Shown: positions 1 to 9,184 of the stretch, piece after piece
Numbering within the stretch: the first letter of the stretch is position 1
How the letters are laid out: the number at the start of each line of letters is the position of its first letter
Assembly: GCA_047947115.1 (NCBI GenBank)
Contig: CP170459.1
Span: 3,808,001-3,872,000, forward strand
Direction: 5' to 3'
DNA from: Verrucomicrobiota bacterium
GTDB taxonomy: Bacteria; Verrucomicrobiota; Verrucomicrobiia; Limisphaerales; AAA164-E04
DNA length: 64,000 nt
Notes under the pieces: generated by a model
The model's database searches: none
Told to the model about the DNA's origin: nothing
Seen by the model: only the letters and a program-made list of their open reading frames with translations
Position numbers and translations under genes: made by a program

Positions 1-192
1 AACGACGGCGAATGGATGACCAGCAGTACCATGATGGGATTGATGGGGCGCATGGCGGCCTATACGGGCAAGGAGATTACTTGGGAACAGGCGATGAATT
101 CGCAGGAAAAACTGGTGCCTGACTTCTTCGAACCCAACATGGAACTTCCCATCCGGCCGATGTCCCTGCCGGGCGTGACGCCTTTCGTTTAG
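1..192 (+). CDS. 3' end of a probable Gfo/Idh/MocA-family oxidoreductase (partial, runs off the window)
   Basis: Frame 1 is open from base 1 to TAG at 190-192 (NDGEWMTSSTMMGLMGRMAAYTGKEITWEQAMNS...PGVTPFV). This resembles the C-terminus of PVC Gfo/Idh/MocA proteins, and it lies directly upstream of a sugar isomerase gene. Confidence 0.65.
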   Translation, partial: NDGEWMTSSTMMGLMGRMAAYTGKEITWEQAMNSQEKLVPDFFEPNMELPIRPMSLPGVTPFV

Positions 193-227
193 TCGAGTCA
201 GTTGATGGTTTTAGAAAGTTCATCCTT

Positions 228-1169
228 ATGAAATTGAATGCACCTTTTGATCGACGCTCGTTCCTGTCCGTATCCTCTAGGGCGATGGCAGGTTCGTTTG
301 TTGCCGGATTATCCGGATTTCCATTTTTGAAACTCAAAGCCGATCACCATCTGGCTGGGGAGAAGCGGATCTATAAATCCGTCAAGATGGGCATGTTCAA
401 CGAAAACATTCCGTTGATTGAAAAGTTCAGGCTCATGAAGGAAATGGGCTTCGACGGAGCGGAACTCAACAGTCCGGGCGGTGTCAATAAGGAAGAAGCT
501 CTCAAAGCAAGCCGGGAGTTGAACTTCCCTATTCACGGAGTAGTGGATTCCATTCACTGGGGAACACGCCTTTCCGATCCGGACCCCGAGGTCAGGGAAA
601 AAGGATTGCAGGGCCTGTTGACTGCCATTCGCGATTCTCATTATGTGGGAGGCAACGCGGTGTTGCTGGTACCCGGTGCGGCACGTGATCCGGAGAAGGA
701 GTCTCATGGTCATGTATGGACCCGTTCCATTGAGCAGATTCGCAAGGCTCTGCCTACAGCTTCCAAGTTGGGGATTCGGATTCTGATCGAAAATGTGTGG
801 AACAATTTTCTTTACGATCCGAAAGGAGACAACAACCAGTCTGCTTATTTGTTGGCGGCCTATATTGACGAAATCAACAGTCCCTGGGTTGGTTCTTACT
901 TCGATATTGGAAATCACCAACGATTTGGAAAACCCGCTGAGTGGATTCGCACATTGGGCTCCCGTATCGCAAAACTGGATGTCAAAGACTGGGGAGTTTC
1001 CAATGGTTTCTGCAAAATCGGAGACGGAGACGTGGATTGGGCTGATGTGAGAGCTGCCTTGCATGAAATCGGTTACACCGGTTGGGCAACGGCTGAAGTC
1101 TCTGGTGGCGATCGTCATCGTATTAAAGAAGTCGGAGAACGCATGGATACCTACCTGCTGGGGCTCTGA
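228..1169 (+). CDS. Sugar phosphate isomerase/epimerase (xylose isomerase-like TIM barrel) with Tat signal
   Basis: DRRSFL twin-arginine leader. GFDGAEL, IENVWN, FDIGN, DVKD and TAEV metal-ligand motifs. Confidence 0.85.
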   Translation: MKLNAPFDRRSFLSVSSRAMAGSFVAGLSGFPFLKLKADHHLAGEKRIYKSVKMGMFNENIPLIEKFRLMKEMGFDGAELNSPGGVNKEEALKASRELNFPIHGVVDSIHWGTRLSDPDPEVREKGLQGLLTAIRDSHYVGGNAVLLVPGAARDPEKESHGHVWTRSIEQIRKALPTASKLGIRILIENVWNNFLYDPKGDNNQSAYLLAAYIDEINSPWVGSYFDIGNHQRFGKPAEWIRTLGSRIAKLDVKDWGVSNGFCKIGDGDVDWADVRAALHEIGYTGWATAEVSGGDRHRIKEVGERMDTYLLGL

Positions 1170-1202
1170 TTTGGAAATGAATTCACCCAAAAATTAAATA
1201 TC

Positions 1203-1238
1203 TGAGAATGCCGGCGAAAAGTCGGCATTCTCATTTTT
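1203..1238 (+). terminator. Rho-independent terminator
   Basis: Hairpin TGAGAATGCCGGC-GAAAA-GTCGGCATTCTCA followed by TTTTT, 33 bp after the stop codon. Confidence 0.85.
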
Positions 1239-1566
1239 CTCCCCAGCCCCTTCTGTGAAGGTATGCCCCCCGAATGCCCGGAACGTTCGGTTTGTCATGT
1301 AAGATGGTGGTTCTTCGGATTGTGGCAGACGAACGGCACTTCAAGATTCAAAGGCGGGATGGTTCCGGGTTTTATACTGATTGCCAAAAGTATTTGCGCA
1401 TAAGGGGTTCGCTGATGCTTCTTATCCTCACGCCCTCCCGCATTCGCGGGATAGAGACGCAGTGACGCAGAGTTTTTTCTGAAATTACTTTTGGCAAACG
1501 TTATAAGTGCGGCATGGATTTAAGTCCGTATTTGCATCATGAATCAAATACAGTGATGATCAGGTC

Positions 1567-3468
1567 ATGAAAGTGACAGTGATCTTTTGGTGTGCGGTTT
1601 TCACTGCGAGTCTGCTTCAGTCAGGTGAGATACTTCGCTCTCCCAATGGGCACCTTGAGTTGTCCTTCGCATTGAAGGATGTGGAAGGGGAAAACGCTTG
1701 CCCTGTTTATCGTGTCTCCTATCAGGGCAAGCTGATCCTGGCTGATTCCAGACTTGGGTTAAGCGTAACAGACGGTCCGAACCTGGAGAACGGATTCGAA
1801 CTTCAAAATCGTCAATTGGATCGTCACGACAGCTATTGGACTCCGATCTACGGTGAACGAAGCGTGGTGCGGGATCATTACAATCAGTTGACCGTGACCT
1901 TGTCACGTGGTGGCAATCAAGCAAATGCCATTGACCTGGTTTTCCGTTGTTATGATGAAGGAGTGGCATTCCGTTACGAGATCCCCAAGCAAAATGATTC
2001 CACAAAACGACATGTTGTCAGTGAATTGACAGAATTCTCATTCACCCAGGATCATCCCGCCTGGTGTGTCAACTCGGCCCAGGGAGTTTATTCCCAAAAG
2101 AGCATCGACTCGATGGGAAGCGGAGTGGAGAGGCCTTTGGTGATTGAAGTGAATGATCACTCATTTGTCGCCATTGCCGAAGCTGGTTTGGTCGACTATG
2201 CACGAATGAAATTGCGCGCTTCCAACAAACGCGCCCACACAATCCAAAGTGAGTTATCCAGTGACGTAAGGTATTCCTTACCATTGAAGACGCCCTGGCG
2301 TGTGTTGATGGTTGGAGATGGTCCGGGCGCTTTGCTGGAGAACAACGATCTGATTCTGAATCTCAACGAAGCAAATGCCATTGAAGATCCCTCCTGGATC
2401 AAGCCGGGAAAGGTGATCCGAGAAGTTACCTTGACCACTCAAGGCGGCAAGGCATGTGTCGATTTTGCCGCCAAAAACAAACTGCAGTATGTGGAATTTG
2501 ATGCGGGATGGTATGGAAACGAATACGATGATACATCCGATGCCACCACTGTGACGGTGGATCCAAAACGCTCACCCGGACCCTTGGATTTGCCTGATGT
2601 CATTCAATACGCCAATGAAAGAGGAATAGGTATCCTGCTTTATGTCAACCGGCGCGCTTTGGAACGCCAGTTGGATGAGCTCCTTCCGCTTTATCAACAA
2701 TGGGGTGTGAAAGGATTGAAATACGGATTCGTCAATGTTGGATCTCAAACGCATACCAGTTGGTTGCATGAGGCTATTCGCAAGGCTGCAGCCCATCAAT
2801 TAATGGTGGATGTTCATGATGAATATCGTCCGACCGGGTATAGCCGAACCTATCCGAATTTCATGACTCAGGAAGGGATAGGTGGCGATGAAACGGCACC
2901 AGCCAATGAGCAGACCTTGACCATACTGTTTACCCGTATGTTGGCAGGTGCAGGGGACAATACGATTTGTTATTATGACGATCGAGTGGATCGAAATGCG
3001 TCGCATGCCTATCAACTGGCCAAAGCGGTATGTTTTTACAGCCCTTGGCAATTTTTATATTGGTATGACCGACCGGAAGGATCGCCCCGACGAAAAGGTG
3101 GGGCAGGGGGACAGAAAGGAGTCATCGGGGACGAGCCGGAGTTGGAGTTTTACAAGAACGTGCCAACGGTTTGGGATGATACCAAAGTATTGCAGGGGAG
3201 TATCGGCCAATATGCGGTCATGGCCCGGCGCAGCGGATCCGAGTGGTTCATTGGGTGCATGAACAGCGGAGAAGGACGAACGTTTGACATTGCCCTGGAT
3301 TTTCTAAATCCAGAAAGGGAATACCTGGCTCATGTTTATTCCGATGATGAACAAATTCAAACACGCACACGTGTTCGCATCGATCGGTTGGAAGTGAACG
3401 CAACTACCGTGCTTACAATGCAAATCGGGAAACAGGGAGGTCAAGCTGTCCACATTATGCCTAAATGA
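1567..3468 (+). CDS. Glycoside hydrolase family 97 protein
   Basis: Signal peptide. FRCYDEGVAFRY, TPWRV, SWIKPGK, DAGWY, RPTGYSRTYPN and VPTVWDDT are GH97 motifs. Confidence 0.92.
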   Translation: MKVTVIFWCAVFTASLLQSGEILRSPNGHLELSFALKDVEGENACPVYRVSYQGKLILADSRLGLSVTDGPNLENGFELQNRQLDRHDSYWTPIYGERSVVRDHYNQLTVTLSRGGNQANAIDLVFRCYDEGVAFRYEIPKQNDSTKRHVVSELTEFSFTQDHPAWCVNSAQGVYSQKSIDSMGSGVERPLVIEVNDHSFVAIAEAGLVDYARMKLRASNKRAHTIQSELSSDVRYSLPLKTPWRVLMVGDGPGALLENNDLILNLNEANAIEDPSWIKPGKVIREVTLTTQGGKACVDFAAKNKLQYVEFDAGWYGNEYDDTSDATTVTVDPKRSPGPLDLPDVIQYANERGIGILLYVNRRALERQLDELLPLYQQWGVKGLKYGFVNVGSQTHTSWLHEAIRKAAAHQLMVDVHDEYRPTGYSRTYPNFMTQEGIGGDETAPANEQTLTILFTRMLAGAGDNTICYYDDRVDRNASHAYQLAKAVCFYSPWQFLYWYDRPEGSPRRKGGAGGQKGVIGDEPELEFYKNVPTVWDDTKVLQGSIGQYAVMARRSGSEWFIGCMNSGEGRTFDIALDFLNPEREYLAHVYSDDEQIQTRTRVRIDRLEVNATTVLTMQIGKQGGQAVHIMPK

Positions 3469-3527
3469 CAAATCCATCATAGATTCCGACTTGTGCTGCC
3501 AGATTTAAGTGTTACCCATAAAATTCA

Positions 3528-4265
3528 ATGTTGAACGATTCAAGTCAAACAACTGGGTGGACCATTCAAAAACGTCCTGCCGCTGAACGTGGTCGCGCAG
3601 AACATGGTTGGTTGCATGCACGATTTACCTTCTCCTTTGCGGAATATTTCGATCGCAATCACATGGGATTTCGTTCACTGCGGGTGATGAACAATGACAT
3701 CATTGAACCGAAGGGGGGATTTCCAACCCATCCCCACAAGGATGCGGAAATTTTTACATACGTGATTTCCGGACAACTGGAGCATCGGGACAGTATGGGC
3801 AACGGGTCCATCATTACCCCCGGCAACCTGCAATACATGAGCGCGGGTTCCGGAGTGAGACACAGCGAGTTCAATCCCTCAGAGGATTCCCAAACTGAAT
3901 TGTATCAGATCTGGCTGCTCCCCAACCAATCAGGTGGAACTCCGCTTTATGCCGAGAAGCAATTGGGGGGTTCCGCCATTGAAGACGGCTTGACGTTGCT
4001 CTTTTCGGGAGGCAATAAACCCGGTATTACACACATACGACAAGATGCCGAGATCTTCTTTGGCAAACTTTCTGCAGAAAAGAGCCTGACGGTATCAGCG
4101 GATGAACAACATCCTCATGCCTGGTTGCAGTTGATTTCCGGTCAGGTGAACTTGTTGGGCGAAACGCTTGATAAATCTGATGGTCTCGCCATCAGCGATC
4201 ATCCAGATAGTTTTGAAGTATCCGCCACATCTGATTCCAAGTTTTTGTTGTTCCGATTGGAATGA
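3528..4265 (+). CDS. Pirin family protein (YhhW-like)
   Basis: HGWL..RFTFSFAEY, GFPTHPHKDAEI, MSAGSGVRHSE and QIW motifs. Confidence 0.92.
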   Translation: MLNDSSQTTGWTIQKRPAAERGRAEHGWLHARFTFSFAEYFDRNHMGFRSLRVMNNDIIEPKGGFPTHPHKDAEIFTYVISGQLEHRDSMGNGSIITPGNLQYMSAGSGVRHSEFNPSEDSQTELYQIWLLPNQSGGTPLYAEKQLGGSAIEDGLTLLFSGGNKPGITHIRQDAEIFFGKLSAEKSLTVSADEQHPHAWLQLISGQVNLLGETLDKSDGLAISDHPDSFEVSATSDSKFLLFRLE

Positions 4266-4355
4266 TCATACAAGTTTCGTCACAAGAAATCTCTGTCAGC
4301 CAGATTTTGGAGACGTGATCCAGAACATTTTAACGCATCAAACCATACGATAAAC

Positions 4356-4880
4356 ATGAAAATACTCGCCTTTGGAGCCAGCACCAGTTCGGAGTCCATC
4401 AATCGACAACTCGCCAACTTTGCAGCCAACCAGATCCAAAACGCTCAAGTCACCGACCTGGATTTACGTTCGCTCAGCTTACCCTTGTATAGTTCAGATG
4501 AAGAACAGGCCAACGGGATACCTGACGACGCCCGGCGCCTGTTCGAGTTGATTGGTGACCATGACGCTGTGGTCATATCACTCGCCGAACACAACGGGTC
4601 ATACGCGGCAGCTTTTAAGAATCTTTACGATTGGGCATCTCGTGTGGAGCAAAAACTGTGGCAAGGAAAACCGATGCTATTGCTTTCCACATCCCCCGGT
4701 CCTCGCGGGGGTGCCACCGTGATGGAGGCGGCCAAAGCGACATTCCCCAGAATGGGAGCCGATCTGCGTGCCAGCTTCAGCCTGCCATCCTTTTACGACA
4801 ATTTTGACGTAAACCAAGGTGTGCTCAATGCGGACCTTGCTGCGCAACTCCAAAGCGCTATTGCCGCCATGGACACATGA
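4356..4880 (+). CDS. NAD(P)H-dependent FMN reductase
   Basis: Flavodoxin-like N-terminus (AFGASTSSESINRQL). EHNGSYAAAFKNLYDW and STSPGPRGG motifs. Confidence 0.9.
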   Translation: MKILAFGASTSSESINRQLANFAANQIQNAQVTDLDLRSLSLPLYSSDEEQANGIPDDARRLFELIGDHDAVVISLAEHNGSYAAAFKNLYDWASRVEQKLWQGKPMLLLSTSPGPRGGATVMEAAKATFPRMGADLRASFSLPSFYDNFDVNQGVLNADLAAQLQSAIAAMDT

Positions 4881-5011
4881 AATTTCAGTAGATGCAAGGA
4901 AGGGGATCGATCCCGCCGCTACTTTATTCCCTCGGTATTGTTCAGCAATGGTTTGGTAAGGGTGACTACGAGGAGAAAGTGGGCACGTGGAGAAACGCGT
5001 CCCTTCAATGC

Positions 5012-7441
5012 CTAGCGAGTCGCTTTCAGGAGTATTGGTTTGCCGAGTGTGCGTAGTTCCAGTTTGAGGGCGGGTTCATTACCCTCGAATCGATAGCCCA
5101 GATTGATGGTTTGAACGCCTTGAGTGATCTGGAGGTTTTGGTCTTTGATGGGGGTTTTCTCCAGTTCATGCCAGGATGCATCGTAAGTGATCACCTCAGA
5201 TTGTCCGGAATACTTCAGCGTTTCACCAGGCTTCAGAGTGGATTTCAGATCCAGCGTCGTTGAACCATTGATTTCGAGTGTCACGTCGATGGCCGGTGAT
5301 TTTCCTGTGGAACGGATGATGAATTGCAAAGATTGAGGTTCGTATGGGTTGTCGAATTCATACGTTGAAAATGCAATCATGCCGGGCTGTTCATTGTGTT
5401 GGTGATCCTTTTTGAAGGAGTAGACAGGATGGAGTTGCCATGTTTCCTCTGGAGCGGGTTCGAGTTGAAATTCGTTCTGGATTTGCTGCAGTTGGGGTTT
5501 GAGGGATTCGGGAAATGCACCTTTCATACGCGCTGTTTCCCATTGGTTGATTTTTTCGATTATCCGAGAACCCATACCATTTTGATCAACCGTTTGATGG
5601 CTGGTTGCGAGGGCAAATCCGGCATCAAACCCTGCGGCCCGAGCCAGCAGCCATTCTGCATCCTCAACGGTGGTTTCCGCGTTCATCTGAAACCATCCCA
5701 ACATGCGGGGCATCAGATTGCGACTGTAGTAGGCCTGGTTCTTTAATCGATAGAGAGTCTGGCTTTCACGAAAACCGGCATACCATGGTTCGCCCCAGTT
5801 CATGCGGGTGTAAATGTGCCAGTTGTAATGGCCCGGATTGCTGGCGTCATTGATGACTGCTCCCTGAAGTCCGGGTTTCAAACGATCAAACCAAGCCTTG
5901 GTAAAGAGGGTTCTTCCGTATTGCCCCATGCCCGTCGACCAGTTGCCTTCGAGTCCGTCAAAGGATATCTGGGAAAGGTTCGTTTGATTGAATAAATCGG
6001 CGATGTTGCGGGCGATTTCGACGGAAAGGTCAGCGTTGCTCAAAAAAACACGGTAGCCATGGTCCATCAGTTTTGAAACTTTCTCACCTGTTGGATGCTC
6101 CGTGGCCGTCGTGTTCCAGGCCCCGCGTTGGCATCCGGTGAGGATCCACGGGTCTGATTCGGTCACTTGTTGATAGCGTATCAGTTCATCGCCAATCATG
6201 ACGGTGTTCATGGTCGTTTTCTTCTGAAAGAACAGGGGATCATCGATAGGGATGCGATCCTGTGAGGCATCCACTGGAGTGCTCAGGAAAGAAGTTCCGA
6301 CCACTGCCAGGCGCGGGTCCGGTTTCGGGCTGACGTAGGGATCGTTGGGTTTGATGAAATTCGAAAGCGTATGAACCCCAAGACGTATTCCGGATTCCCT
6401 GGCCCGCGCGACGCAACGCTCCATACTGGTCCAGTTGTCGGGAAATTGGCTGGTATTGAGTTGGAAATGTCCCCAGGTCTGAAATGGTCCGCCGTGATAA
6501 AGGTATCGCAGTCCCGCGCCTTTGGTGAGAGCGAGGGCATCGCCTATATTTTTTTCGCTGAACGACACGATCAAATATGAAGCCGTCGCATCCGGTGAAA
6601 CCTTGCCCCAGACACCGTCTATCATCGGGTGAGGCAGATTTTCGGCCAGTTCGATGGTGCCCAGAGATTCAAGCGCCTCTGTAGCAGCACATCCGAACAA
6701 TGCGATACGGCTCCCCACCAAGCCCCCGTCGTGATGTTTGGGGGCAAGGTAATGTTCATGTCCCCAGTTGGCGATTGTTCGGTCCTCGCTTCGATCACGG
6801 CAGTAGGCCTGGATCACGCTGCCGTAGTCCTTGTGCTCCGCTGTATTGCCTCGGTAGAGTTGCTCTCCTTCAAACTTGACGGAGATATCGGAAAAATCCG
6901 ATCCGTCAAAAATGTTGAACATCGGCATGATGTCGTCCTCCGATCGAGGGAAACCGCCCAGTGTTTTGGGGTTGAGGGATTGAATTCCGATGGCGTAATC
7001 CTTGTTGCGAACCACTCCGACGGTTTCGCCGACAATGGCTTTGATGGTTGTGGGATATGGCCCCCAAACCAGCAAATCAGCCTTCCCTGCAGGTTCGATG
7101 GAAAGCAGCTCCAGGGTGATATGACTTTGTTTTGATTCGAATCCAATCACGGCCTGGATGCCGGTTTTCTCAAAAAACAGCTCCATAGCAGAATCATCAT
7201 CCCGCCACTTCATTCGGTCGGGTGTATGAAAATCACCATCCACTCGCAAACTGATGACCGGCGCGTCGACAGATTCCGGGAGGTATTCGATGCCGCTGGC
7301 AGGATTCTTAAAAGAACGTATCTGTCCTTGTTCGAACTTGATGGTGAAAGATTCCGTTGAGAGATCTTCACCGTAAGCCCGTGCGGAAGTTCCCAAATAG
7401 AACGCAGCCAACGCGAAGATTAAAGAAAAAGAACGTTGCAT
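5012..7441 (-). CDS. Large exported hypothetical protein, possibly glycoside-hydrolase-like
   Basis: Long ORF (track 5012..7516). Start placed at ATG 7441, which gives the signal peptide MQRSFSLIFALAAFYLGTSARA. No family confidently recognised. Confidence 0.7.
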   Translation of the reverse strand: MQRSFSLIFALAAFYLGTSARAYGEDLSTESFTIKFEQGQIRSFKNPASGIEYLPESVDAPVISLRVDGDFHTPDRMKWRDDDSAMELFFEKTGIQAVIGFESKQSHITLELLSIEPAGKADLLVWGPYPTTIKAIVGETVGVVRNKDYAIGIQSLNPKTLGGFPRSEDDIMPMFNIFDGSDFSDISVKFEGEQLYRGNTAEHKDYGSVIQAYCRDRSEDRTIANWGHEHYLAPKHHDGGLVGSRIALFGCAATEALESLGTIELAENLPHPMIDGVWGKVSPDATASYLIVSFSEKNIGDALALTKGAGLRYLYHGGPFQTWGHFQLNTSQFPDNWTSMERCVARARESGIRLGVHTLSNFIKPNDPYVSPKPDPRLAVVGTSFLSTPVDASQDRIPIDDPLFFQKKTTMNTVMIGDELIRYQQVTESDPWILTGCQRGAWNTTATEHPTGEKVSKLMDHGYRVFLSNADLSVEIARNIADLFNQTNLSQISFDGLEGNWSTGMGQYGRTLFTKAWFDRLKPGLQGAVINDASNPGHYNWHIYTRMNWGEPWYAGFRESQTLYRLKNQAYYSRNLMPRMLGWFQMNAETTVEDAEWLLARAAGFDAGFALATSHQTVDQNGMGSRIIEKINQWETARMKGAFPESLKPQLQQIQNEFQLEPAPEETWQLHPVYSFKKDHQHNEQPGMIAFSTYEFDNPYEPQSLQFIIRSTGKSPAIDVTLEINGSTTLDLKSTLKPGETLKYSGQSEVITYDASWHELEKTPIKDQNLQITQGVQTINLGYRFEGNEPALKLELRTLGKPILLKATR

Positions 7442-7625
7442 CTGAAGCGATTGAAGCATGGTTTGAATAATGGAATACACGCAAACAAGGTTGCTACTCC
7501 CCATGGTGTTCGTCAAGCACCTGTCTTGGCTCCAGTGATGCTTGGCACCTTTTCATTGATACGGATGTCGAGGAGGCTTAGGTTCCTTTCATACTCCCTG
7601 TCATGGATGCAGGGATGAGTTAAAA

Positions 7626-8459
7626 GTGAAACGTAAGCATCAGGACTTCATCAAACAGGCGTTCTCGACTTTCTGGGTCGGGGCGCTCGGATTATTGTTT
7701 GCGTACCCCTTTCTTTGGATGGCGATGTCGGCGTTTAAAGAAAACAACCAGATTTTCCAGCCCCTGCAGTTTTGGCCCGCCAACTGGAACATGGAGTATT
7801 TCCGCCAGCTCACATCAGGCGAATGGATTCCTTTCTGGAAGGTCCTGGTCAATTCCCTGATCATAGCCTTGGGGCAGTCTCTTGGGGCCGTTTTTCTGAC
7901 GTCTCTAGCAGGTTTCACCTTTGCCAAACATCGGTTTCGCGGGCGTGGTTTTTTGTTTGTGACCTGTTTGTGCTTGATTGTTTTGCCTCGTCAGATGCTC
8001 GCCATCCCACTGTTTCAATGGATTCATAAAGTGGGATTATATGACTCGATGTTTGGAGTGATTTTGCCGGGGATGGCAAGTGGTTTGGGAGTTTTATACT
8101 TTACCCAGGTGTTCAAGCAGATGCCGAATCCATATCTTGAAGCCGCCCGCATCGAAGGGGCGGGGGAGTGGCGAACTTATTGGCTGGTATTGCCCCTGCT
8201 TGGTTCATCCTTGCTGAGTTATGGGTTGATCCATTTTATTCTCGCGTGGAACGAACATCTGGTTCCCATGCTGGTCTTGAACACGCCGGATCATCAGACC
8301 CTGCCTTTGGCGCTGAGCAGCCTTTATGGAAGCAGCCTTCGTTTCCCTTATGCCGTCCTGATGGCGGGTTCTTTCATGGCGATGATTCCCACCACCATTT
8401 TCTTTTTGATTAGTTACAGACGTTTCAAAAACTCACTTGCCAATGTGTTGAACAGTTAG
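7626..8459 (+). CDS. Carbohydrate ABC transporter permease (MalG/UgpE-like)
   Basis: Multiple TM helices. YPFLWM, NSL, EAARIEGA (EAA loop) and AWNE motifs. Confidence 0.9.
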   Translation: MKRKHQDFIKQAFSTFWVGALGLLFAYPFLWMAMSAFKENNQIFQPLQFWPANWNMEYFRQLTSGEWIPFWKVLVNSLIIALGQSLGAVFLTSLAGFTFAKHRFRGRGFLFVTCLCLIVLPRQMLAIPLFQWIHKVGLYDSMFGVILPGMASGLGVLYFTQVFKQMPNPYLEAARIEGAGEWRTYWLVLPLLGSSLLSYGLIHFILAWNEHLVPMLVLNTPDHQTLPLALSSLYGSSLRFPYAVLMAGSFMAMIPTTIFFLISYRRFKNSLANVLNS

Positions 8460-8460
8460 A

Positions 8461-9159
8461 TCAAGCTTTTTTCTTTGCGTAACTCCGTTTGCCGAAGAGC
8501 GAGGTGCCGATGCGGGCCATCGTGGAACCTTCCTCAATGGCGATTTCGAAGTCGTTGCTCATTCCCATGCTGAGCACGGGAAAGGGGACGCCCATGATGT
8601 ACTCGCATTCTTTGCGAAGGTTGTTCAGTTGTCGAAACACCGGGCGTGTTTTTTCGGGTTCGGGCGTCCAGGGTGCCATCGTCATGAATCCGTGGATTTC
8701 GAGACGATCCAGGTCGTTCAGGTTCTCAATTTGTTCAAGCACTTCGGCGGGACTGAAACCGTGTTTGCTGGCTTCCCCGGACACGTTGACTTCGAGCAGT
8801 ATTCGGGCGGTTCTTGCCTGTTTTTCGCAGGATTCCTGCAGGGCTTCCGCAAGGTGAAAGCTGTCCACTCCGTGGATCATGTGAAACAATCGCACGGCGT
8901 CACGTGCTTTGTTGGTTTGAAGGTGCCCAATGAAATGCCATTCGGCGTTTCTTGGCCCTTGGGGAATCTTGAGTTTGGCCTCCTGAATCTTGTTTTCACC
9001 AAAACAGTTCAAACCCAGTTCCGACGCCTCATGGACACGGTCTATTTTGTGTCCTTTGCTGACGGCTAGCAGGGTGACTTCGGAAGGATCGCGTTGCGCG
9101 TTTTCGCATGCGGTTGCGATTTGTCGTTGTATGATCGATAGATTGGTTTCCAAATCCAT
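8461..9159 (-). CDS. yggS: YggS/PROSC pyridoxal phosphate homeostasis protein
   Basis: LLAVSK, FGENKIQE, WHFIGHLQTNK and LSMGMSNDFEIAIEEGSTMARIG motifs. Start trimmed to MDLETNL. Confidence 0.95.
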   Translation of the reverse strand: MDLETNLSIIQRQIATACENAQRDPSEVTLLAVSKGHKIDRVHEASELGLNCFGENKIQEAKLKIPQGPRNAEWHFIGHLQTNKARDAVRLFHMIHGVDSFHLAEALQESCEKQARTARILLEVNVSGEASKHGFSPAEVLEQIENLNDLDRLEIHGFMTMAPWTPEPEKTRPVFRQLNNLRKECEYIMGVPFPVLSMGMSNDFEIAIEEGSTMARIGTSLFGKRSYAKKKA

Positions 9160-9184
9160 GTGCATGCAAATGGCTCTGTGATGT

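Noticed and set aside
309..1190. Long antisense ORFs (e.g. 309..1190, 9758..10708, 18549..19373, 20651..21397, 37198..38103)
   Set aside because: They are shadows of well-supported genes on the opposite strand and carry no motifs of their own.
1240..1566. Riboswitch or ncRNA in the long intergenic region before GH97 (also 40043-40250)
   Set aside because: No conserved riboswitch motif recognised by eye; an Rfam/Infernal scan would be needed.
4981..5006. Possible degenerate REP-like hairpin between convergent genes (reverse complement GAAGGGACGCG-TTTCTC-CACGTGCCC)
   Set aside because: It resembles the array motifs in layout, but the stem is too imperfect to call without a genome-wide search.
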